From NCBI GenBank assembly GCA_964035545.1, contig OZ037772.1, positions 10,042,818 to 10,106,817 on the forward strand: DNA of 64,000 bases, in the 5' to 3' direction. The position numbers and the translations under genes were made by a program. The DNA comes from Bugula neritina (lineage: Eukaryota; Animalia; Bryozoa). The notes under the pieces are model-generated. The model was not told the origin of the DNA. It did no database searches and saw only the letters and a program-made list of their open reading frames with translations. Shown here piece by piece: positions 1-10,200 of the stretch (position 1 is its first letter; every line of letters begins with the position of its first letter).

Positions 1-573
1 GCTATATAGCTATAGCTAATAGCTATAACAGCCAATATAAATTATCTGGGATAATATTCCAATTTTCATGATAATATGTGTATAAAAAAAGCAGTAATGC
101 ATTAATAATATATTATTTTTAATGAATACTTATTAACAAAATATCTTTTCAAACGACAAGAAGTATAGAAAATGTAAAATCAAGAAGTTAATGCATATCA
201 AAAGAATTTATTTATGTGCTAAATAGCAAGCGATTGATCCAAGTTTATTTAAATGTACATATATTTCAATAAAATATAAATCAATGAAATCCTCAACCCA
301 TAACATGAATACCCGTATTAACACCTTCAATGCTATAGTTTGCGATTCGAGCATATACCTGCAGGGTTTCCTGTTGCGCACTGTCCGGGAGCTCCGTTCG
401 GGGGGGGGGGGCAGGGGAGAGATAGCGGCGGATTTCTGAGCCTGAATAGATCCGAGGGTCCCACAATTACTCTCTCCGAGAGGTCTTGGGACTTAACCCA
501 ATCAAGATCAAGATCAATAATATTCAAATAAATTGCGCATAGAATATACATGGTACCAAAATAAATAAATAGT

Positions 574-655
574 GTCTAACTGGGAAGCATCCAAGTGGGA
601 AGCGTCTAAGTGGGAAATTTAGTCTAGCGTTTAACTGGGAAGCGTCCATCTGGAA
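574..655. repeat. About 15-bp degenerate tandem repeat (GTCTAASTGGGAAGC), 4-5 copies
   Basis: Read directly from the sequence; four TGGGAA cores. Confidence 0.7.
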
Positions 656-1825
656 TGACGCCTTATTGAATTATTAATAGTAATAGCATGTTTTAATTTA
701 TGATAACGCTAACTCTACATCTTACTCTTAGTCTAATTATTGATGCAATTTGAATAATGAATTACACATTATGGTGCCTATATTTTACCAAGAAATTTTA
801 AGGTCGGATCAATTATTCTGGATGCTAAATTGATGATTACTATTACTATTAGTTCATATTGATATTGTAATTATAAAGATTTAGTTTTGCCACTTTTCTT
901 TAATTGGAGTCTTTCAAACCATTTCGTTTTATTAGTTTTTAGTAAGAAAACAATCATTATGGTTGCCAGAAATGTGACTATGACTACAAGTACAACGTGG
1001 TGACTGAAGCAGTCACAAAATAGCATTTTTAGTTTCAAATGTCAAAGGGTATTACTCATCTGGTTAGTAGTAAACATTACCAGGCCAGAGGTTTAGAAGA
1101 TATACAAAATACTATTAGTGAGAGTGTTTATGCTGAGATTTAGAAACAAGGCAATTTTATTACCGAGTTTAATGAATTTTCATCAAAATTACTTAATGTT
1201 TTGAAATTAATTTTACACTGATTCAGTGTGAAATTTAATGCTCAATCACTTATAGACAATTTTAAAAGTTTATTTGGAAACTTGGTGTTGCCTTTATTGG
1301 ACATGTCAAATTTCTCTTTTTGCAATTTTATTTACAAAAGGCAGTTTAATGTAATTATATATTTTAAATCACTTGCAGTTGTGTACTATATCTTTTTTGT
1401 CACATGTTTAGCTGTTTTCTAATTCTATTGTAAGTAAATTTTATGAAGATGCTTTCAGTCTTTACATAGACATTACAATGTATTCGTAACCTGAAACAAG
1501 GAAATTATAAAGTTGAAAGAACATTTAAGAGATTGTCACACATTACATCCTCAAAACTAATAGTGTAAATTTGTAGTTTTTTACACAATTTGCTAGATAT
1601 TTAATTAGTTAAACAACTTAAGACTGCACAACTTTCCGCACTATTCAAATTGAAACTAATAAATAACCAATGACATTAAATTTTAAAAAGCTTGTGGGTT
1701 TTAGCCTCCCTGATAAGTTTGATTAATTAGCTACAGTACTTACAGTTTATTTCACAGATCACTTGAAGGGGTCATAAGCAGGATACCAAAGTATATTTGA
1801 GGCTTAAGTTTGAGTTTACAAGACG

Positions 1826-4800
1826 ATGGCCCTTACATTTCATGTAGCTGAGCCGTGGTCCGGTACTGGGTGGCCTGTGTCCTTATTTGACGATAAGGTG
1901 AGTTGATGTAACTTGTTACTACTCAACTTTGTGTCTAACAAATGAATATGTAGTGCCAAAACTCCCTTTTCAGCTTGGTCTATTGTCTAAACTATATGTT
2001 GGTTCTAAGATAGACTTTTCTCTTCAAGGAGTATTGATATACCAGAATAATGTTAACTCTGTTTAGCAGAATTCATGTTCATTGATAAATTTATTTATTA
2101 CTAGAACAATATTCAACCAGTATAATTTGCCCGAATTTCAAGAAATTATTTTTCAGTAATTTTGAAGCGGAAATATTTCATTTTATTGTAAAGCGTGGCT
2201 CGTGAAGATGTTTTATGACTAGGTGTGTTTCAGATAGAATTGATGTCAGTCTTTAATTTTGTGTATAATGTTGCGTGATGTAGGTTTCTTTATTGGAAAA
2301 GGGTATATATTTTTGCACCCGAGAAGAGTGCTGTAAAACCGAAAAGAGGATCACCAGGGAACCGTGGCAGTTCAGTTGCGGGCATCGAGTCTGTAGAGCA
2401 TGTCATGATCACATCCGAGATAACTTGTGAGTTGAAGGAATTATGCAATAATTTTTTATCTGTATGTTGACAGCTTAGTGCCGCGTTTATTCATTTAGTT
2501 AGTAATTTAATAATGTAAGTTTTTTGACAACTATGAATATACAACTAGGATATATGCTCCATGTAAGAGAAAAATTAGGTAAAAGCATTGGGCAAAGTTA
2601 CATGATAGCTCTATATAAAACATTAGCCACTTCACAGTATAAAATGCATTTATAATATATAATTTATCATTATAATGATAAAGTCAAGATTATTTGTAGC
2701 TTTAAGAAAATGTTTAAATTAATTTTTGAAACTTGGAAATACAATTCGATTTGTCAGCAACATTTCATCTTTTTACTAAAAACTAAACTTTTCAGCTTTT
2801 GCTGCTTTGGGTTATACATTATCCTACAACCAGATGTAATATTTTATAGACTGGAATCCCAGCAAGTGTGCGATGCGTGTAAAAAGGAGCCTGAAAGCGA
2901 TGATGCAATCCCTTCAGAGCTAAACGCTGGCAATAAAACCTCCAATATTTCAACCAATCAAAACTCAGTTATTAATAAATCATTTGACGGGGCAGCACTA
3001 AACTCTCAACTAACCGCCGCAGCAAATAGTTTGACAGCTCCTAGTCAAGTAATTCAGAAGAAACAGATTGGACAAATTGGTGTGTATTAAGTGATTCTCG
3101 TCAGCACAGTATTGTATTGTTAATCAGTTTATGCGCTATGCTGACTTTAGTGATCTAGTTGGTTTGACACATAGAAGTTAGGATATAATAAACCCTTTTA
3201 GCTATTATATTTCAACTATTAAAAATTTTAATTACGTGCATCTGGTTAGAGTTTCTCAGATTAAAATATTTTTTTACTATACATAGTAGTTAGTATCAAA
3301 GGTAAAGGCCATTGGTGATGTTAGGAAGAACATCCAGTCATAATTGATCCTGTGCCTCATTTAAATAAGTCCTTAGCCTAATTTAAAGAAAAACCCTTTT
3401 TATCAGGGGTTCTCTCACAGGGATAGTGACTATAAACTTGTGTGAGTTTTTATAGTAACTAGTATCAACATCCTGTACTAACATCTACCAACATGCTGAA
3501 TGTAGTATGCTAGCCCACAACTTCTCTGTTTATTGATGCAGACTTTGAAAAAGCTAAGTCCGACTCGGCTGCAAACAGAGAAATTAATAGAATGGTGGTG
3601 ACTTGCCCCTTTGAATGTGGCAAAGATAATCTCACAATCAAAATTTTAGAGGTATGGCCATCAGCTAAAATTTGAATTGTTTTCTGGTGTTCATAGAAGT
3701 TATGAAAGTAGGGGTAGTAGTAATAGTACTTGTAGTAGTGGTGGTAGTAGTGGCGGTGGTGGTGGTGGTAGTGGTAGTACTAGTAGTAGTGGTAGTAGTA
3801 GTAGCGGTGGTAGTAGTGGTAGTGGTAGTAGTCGTAATAGTAGTAGGAATAGTACTTGTAGTAGCGGTGGTAGTAGTGGCGGTGGTAGTGGTGGTAGTGG
3901 TGGTAGTACTAGTAGTAGTAGTAGTAGCAGCAGCAGCAGCAGCAGCAGTAGCTTTGGATGCAATATCTTTGGAATCATTATTGACGCTGTAGCTGATCAC
4001 TCAACTGTGACATGATTTGACTTTTACAGAAACACATGCGCTCGTGTAAGGAGAGGCAAATGCGTTGCGACAATTGTGCAGCCATTATCAAGCCTTCCGA
4101 ACAGGAAACTCACGTCTGCTTTAGTCCTGGAATGGATGTTGCTATGGAAACAGAGTCAGCTGTGAGTCAGCCTGTTATATATATATATATATATATATAT
4201 ATCTGTGCGACTTTGAGTTTTGTAAAAGACGCAAGCACTGAGTGAAATATTCTCCTTTCGTTGGAAATTGTTTAATATATTCAATAATATATATTGGCTC
4301 AGTGTTGTGCTGAGGTTTAGATGTTCTACTAGTCGGTGTCGTATATGTAGGGTGCTTCCGGATCAGGCAATATTATTCCGATGGAATCAGACTCTCTAGA
4401 GAAGTTTATACCGGATCCGACATCGGCAGCATGCCAGAGTGCCGGCAGCGATGTGGCGGCAGCCAGGCCTGACTTGTCACAGACTTACCCTCCTGAGAGT
4501 GGTATATATTACATAATGTATTAGTAACATGTTTGGCCTCGTGGAAATGGTATATGTTATATATATTAGGAAGTAGCAGTTGATATTGAATGTTGTTGAC
4601 ACAACACTAGATTGTGATTGGTTGGCTGTCTGTTATCAAAAGGAGACTAGTTCCAGAATCTTCTGATAAAATAAACTAACTCTACTTTTGTATTAAGCGA
4701 AAATTGCTTGAAGCAGCACAGAGTTAGTGGTCACTGAGTGCATTCATCCAGGGTCTTGAGTTTGAATAGCAGTAGGTATAGGAATAAGGGTCATCAGTCA

Positions 4801-6028
4801 CCCCAACTCAGTGCTTCATCTAGCGATATTTCTATAAAGCGGTGAAGCTAGTTCATAACTCGTCTCCAGCCTTTTTTAACTAATACTGAAGTCATCTTAT
4901 GTTTTTTTGTGTTCTCCTATTTAGTTGGCATCTATTTATGGTGTAGGAGAACCAAAAGAAAACTTCTTTGTTTAAAATTATGTTATCTATTATTTGATTG
5001 GCTAACACAGTTTTAGTTGATTTTCTGTATAGTGTCTGCCATGTTTGTCATACAGTATTTGTTTACATCTCTGTAGGTGACCACCAGATAGACACGGCGT
5101 CTGCACAGATGGTGGTGGACAACTCTCTAGGTAATTCTAATCTCTGGTTGGTTGGTCTTACATTAGCTGTGATTAGTCAATAGCTTGATTTTTATATTAG
5201 TTTATAGTCACTATCCCTGTGAGAAAACCCCTGATTGAAAGAATTTTTGTTAAAGCAGGCTAAGGACTTGTTCAGATGAGGCACAGGGACAATTATGACT
5301 GGATGCTCTTCCTAACATCACCAATGGCCTTTGTCTGGGCTCAAACCCATGACCTTGTGTTTACTAGGCAACCGCTCTAACCCCTAGACCACGGCTGCTC
5401 TCTGAAATGCTAACTTTGTGATATATATTTTATACTTGTATATTTTATACCATGGTTGCAGACATCTTTCATGAGCGACATTCTATAATTGGTTCTATTA
5501 TTATTCAATTAACTAGAAAACGTTTGACATAATCTAAGATTTTCTGTTTTTAATGTTTTAGGAAATGTATTATCTATTAATTATTTAATACTTATTAAGA
5601 TGTTTATATCAAGTGCCACCCCCCCCCCCCCCCCCGTATCTCAAAACCTCAACTCGTGACACGATAGAATACCATATTGAACTCAAGGATATTTTAAATT
5701 CACCCATTTTGTTCCTATACACACATACAAAAGCCACAAAACTTTTGGAATTTCGTGTGGAATGGAGCTGTGAGATATTGAGAGAGCACTCGTACTACAA
5801 TGTGTGAAATTACCTCTAACAAAGGGGTAAACCCTATTTCCAATATTCTAGAAAGATCTTCCACTCTTCCTCTACATACTATTCACCTACCGACTATTTG
5901 CAGGTGCTAACCAACCTAACACCATGTCTATGCAAATGGTGGCAGACGATTCTATAGGCAGCAGTCGTGCTGCCGCTAGCGTTGGCTCCATAAATGATCC
6001 ACCCCAACCTTCCTCACACAGCGGCTAG
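1826..6028 (+). CDS. TRAF-like paralogue A, truncated: RING + about 2 Zn fingers + low-complexity tail, no coiled coil or MATH; 338 aa
   Basis: Exons 1826-1897, 2284-2426, 2850-3079, 3542-3651, 4030-4161, 4351-4501, 5077-5130, 5904-6028; all GT-AG, 1017 nt in frame. Begins MALTFHVAEPWSGTGWPVSLFDDK; RING CTREECC..CGHRVCRAC..CDAC; DSAANREINRMVVTCPFEC; KHMRSC..CDNC. Exons 1-5 match B, C and D in phase and sequence. Exons 6-8 rest on splice sites and frame only. Confidence 0.8.
3301..3447 (+). mobile_element. SINE copy, 5' truncated
   Basis: Core ggccattggtgatgttaggaagaacatccagtcataa and 3' end gactataaacttgtgtgagt. Confidence 0.8.
3705..3951. repeat. Compound trinucleotide microsatellite (GTA/GTG/GCA)n in TRAF-A intron 4
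   Basis: Lies between donor 3652 and acceptor 4029. Confidence 0.95.
5200..5400 (-). mobile_element. SINE copy
   Basis: Reverse complement of the family from gtttatagtcactatccctgtgag to cccctagaccacggctgctc. Confidence 0.85.
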
Positions 6029-7274
6029 CTGGCAGTCTCAGGTTAGATGATGGATAATAATCTTTCAACACAAAACAAAGAAAAAATTTCAATTAATGTT
6101 ACTGATTCGTGCTAGAAGTCTATTTTGATTACAATAAATTTATGGTGCAGAAAAGCTACTGCCATTGCTGCTTTCATATTCTGTAGCCTTTGTTTTAATT
6201 TTTGTGATTTAGTGGGTCATTTATTGTCAGCCTGTGGTAGTTATTTGTGTTGTGTTATTTTTAGAACCACAAGCTAATAACTCAGCTCCCACTATCAGCT
6301 TACAGTATTCTTCCAATGCTTCATTACAGAGTTGTCCTCTCTTAGTTGGAATCGCCATAATTTCATACATTCAGTCCTAACCATTCGTTATGATATAACA
6401 TACTTCTCATACTTATAATGCTCAATTTATATAACCTTTATATATATATATTATTTTATTTACTCCATTTGGAGGCAAAGTATTTTGTAGTATTCATCTA
6501 TTCTTAGATTCTATATTAATAAACATATCAAATTTCTCATTCGTGAAAAGAGATCACTTTAAGAAACAACATAATATTATGTTTATCAGTTATGTTAAAG
6601 TCAGCATATATTAGGCTCATAAATGCTGTTAGTACTTAGGCCTGTTCAAATGAGACTTGACATATTTCATTTATTAAATCTACAGCAACTGAACGCTGCA
6701 AATATTCTCAGCATAATATGCTACAGCAGGCTGATTTTTTCCAACAAAGTAATTAGCTGATCAGTCTTTGGTCAGAAGGTTATCTAAATCAAAGCCTGGT
6801 ATACAGCTGTACAATAATATAAAGCTTTATTTACTGCGACAATATTTAATGCATTCATTCAGCAAAAAAATAACTCGCAATTTGCAATATTATATAATTT
6901 TGTAAAACAGACTAAATAGGTAATTTTTACACAGCATGTGATCAAAATAACTGGGTAACATTGTCAGACTGAATAAGATAGCTTATAAAGTGATGAGAGT
7001 ATCTTATGGCCATCTACTGAAAAACAACCAAAGCAAAAGAGAAATTAGGATACTAAGCAAGATAAGGAATAGGGTAACATGTTGGACTCTATGAATAATC
7101 TAATACATATTCCAATCAGTCTTCTAGAAAATTCATAGAATCACCAAGGAATTATTCAAACTCACCAAAAAATTATTATAAAATTAGAAATGAACTATAT
7201 ACGAAAAGAAATTTCCAAAAAAATTGAAAATCACAAATAATAAATATATTGGAAAGTGTTTAAAAACTTCCGAA

Positions 7275-10200
7275 TTAATTGATAGAGCTAGGTGTAACTT
7301 CCTGAATAGGATAATTCAAGCCGCTGAGAGACTCGTGAGAGCTATTGATTATAATTTCAATGAAAAGTGTGTCGTCCACCAGAAAGCCTGCAACAAGACA
7401 ACTTCTACAAGTCTTTATTATAACGGGTATTTCCTGTTAATTAGTATATATTCTTAGTAGTTATTTTATGAAAGCAAACGATTCATTGAATGGTGAAAAA
7501 AGGTGAAAGCAGCCTTTAAAGATCAAATCGTGATTTTTACAACTCTGAAAAATCGCCATAATTTCAATTTAATAATTAAAAAGGTAATAAAACAATATTG
7601 AGGATTACAATGATTCATTGTGACATCAAAACAAAAACTCTAGTATGAATATGTGACGCGATGTTTTACAAAACTGATCATATTGTGTCATACCCCAAAT
7701 AAGGAGAAAGATTATTGCAAAGTTAGAAGCTAGCTATTATATATTTTAAATAAAATACTTTAAACAATAAAATTCTAACATAAACAAGCTACAGTAAAAA
7801 GTGCTATGTTAATATACTCGATGGCAAAAAAGAAAAAAAGTCTTTTTTTAAATATTGCAGATTAAAAGATAACGGTTAGAATATATAGAATTATCCAGAA
7901 ATACAATTCACAAGACACCTGATAAATCCCATGACACTTAGAGAAGGTACTCTTGTGAAAGAGGGGGACATGAGTCAATATGAAAAGACATACTTATTGC
8001 TACCTGTACATTTGCTTACAAAGAATAAAATTTGAACCACTAACCGTTGTCTGTGTTGAAGACGTAAGATTGCTCTGCAAACTTCGGTACTCCCGAGGCT
8101 ACATTTCGCTCATTTCTCGGCTTTTGGAAAGAAGGCGAATTTGTATCGGGTTGAAACTTCTCCACAATATCTGGTTTTTTCTTAAGAATGTTTCTCAGCT
8201 TGAATGTAACCTGAAGGAAAGTGTATTTAGAGTCTTTATTAGTGATTACATCAGACGGAAATGGAATTATAGATTATCACAAGTAACCATTTTTGAAAGT
8301 TTTACAAGCAGTTTGCAGATCAGAAATCCCAGCTTTGCAACCAATCACATTGAAGCTTACAATCTAATATAACGTATGTGAAGTATGTCATCCAATCATA
8401 AAATACAATATCTCCCGTCACCCTGGTAACCCTTTTTGTTACCATGACACCAGTGCAATATTATTACCTCTTCCAATGCGTGAAACTTGTGTATAATAAT
8501 TCAGTAAGATATAATAAAGAAATGAATGCATACTTTCTGATGGAAAGGCCATGTCAGTAAAGCATCAAACTCTCCCTTCATCAGTACAAAAAAGAGCGAA
8601 ATATGAGAATTTCTTCCATTCCCATCACCTGAAAGCAGTATAAACAGATTAGTATATCACCTACCACTAAGACAACTAAAGTCATAGTAAAGTGGAATAT
8701 TCTAGAATCATCAGTAGAGATGAATGAAATGCCTATCGCACAAAACTCGCAATCTAAACTAATAAATGTCTTGCTTCTTGTTACACGAAAAATTTATTTC
8801 TATCGGAATTGAGCAATTTAGCTCATGGGTATCAATAAATGATGGCTACACAAACCTAAACTCTCAATATTACCACTAAAACCATAGTAAGGTGGAATGT
8901 TCTAGAAAGAGCCAGAGTAATAATCTACAGAGTGTAAGGTAGCCGATGGCGACAGAAGGAGAATTTGACTAACCATTAAGGTAGAGTCTGGCGCACATCT
9001 TGTATCCGTAGACTTCAGTGTAGAATGGGTGACTGAAGATGCTGTGTCTAGTGTAGGCGTCTTCTCTTCGCCTCTGGATATTGTCCACTCTCCACACCAG
9101 ATGTGAATTGAACGACGTCTGCAAGTAAGAACCCAGCCAATTTTAAAACTATGTAAATAGCAACTCAAAGAAAATAAATTCGTCCAAATAAAATTAAAGT
9201 GATTTAAACATTATTTATGGTTGGGTGCAGCTTTTCCCTGGCATGATTGCTCTATGTATTTCTTTAAAACACATGATTATGATATCCCAGTAAACCCACC
9301 ACCTACAGCCCAGTAAACCCACCATTCCTTACAACTTGTTTTAGCATTTTAAAAAGTCAAGCTCTCTTATAACACAACATTATAATACACAAAGTAAACC
9401 AGCCAATAACTCTGGCTAATAAAACAGAGAAAAAAGAGAATCATACCATCTGCAGTTGGTTCAAAGCAGTTTTCTGATCTTCTATCTCTGCTACTCTGAT
9501 GTTTGAGAGAGTTTCCAGTTTGTTGAGCTGCTCCGTAGCGTCATTCTCAGTCTTAGTTGTCTTCTCAGTCAGAGCTCTAAACGTCGAGTCATATGACGTC
9601 AACCTGGTCACAAGGTCAAGGAAATATAATTTTATTGAGTGGAATTATCTCCCTATTGTACATGAGTGAAAAGACTCAAGTGATTCCTAAACTAGTGATT
9701 AAAAAATTGTCTTCTATTTATACCTGAGCCTTCAATAATTGATTATGAATATTTAGGCTGTTTTTAAAATATTACTATGACACGGATAGTAATTATTTGA
9801 AATCCGAAATATACATAAATTAAGGGTAAACGGGCATAAAGACAGATGATAACTTTAACCCTTGAACTCACGGTAAAGTCATTAGAGTCAACAAAGAGTT
9901 GACTGTAACTAAAACAAGTTACAATATTCTTGCTACTAAGTGAATTCCCCCGCACACAAATATCTCTACAGTCTTTATTCACATAAGCTACTTGACCAGA
10001 CATGAATAAGGAAAATTTACTATGTGTACAATCATTTGTCCCTTTGTTTTGGCCGACTTCTGAACTAGGTCATCGAGCAAAAGAAGTTGCCCACCGTGGC
10101 CTAGAAAATTCTTAGTATTGCTTCATTTTGTTAAGCCAAGATCTCTGCTATCATTAGATTCACAGAAACTTCTTGACTATACATGAACCATGACAACTAG

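Noticed and set aside
333-551. Short ORFs over a G-run near the window start
   Set aside because: Low complexity with no family signature; probably non-coding sequence upstream of TRAF-A.
3665-4015. Overlapping poly-Thr/Val/Ser-Gly/Leu-Pro ORFs
   Set aside because: Artefacts of the (GTA/GTG)n microsatellite inside TRAF-A intron 4.
4093-4112. SEQET in TRAF-A matching the SxQE TRAF-binding consensus
   Set aside because: It lies inside the Zn-finger helix just before the His ligand, so it is unlikely to adopt the extended binding conformation.
8165-8190. Possible frameshift in the A-run of TRAF-B exon 12
   Set aside because: A recount gives AAG AAA AAA CCA. The exon is 166 nt, the same as in D, so the frame is intact.
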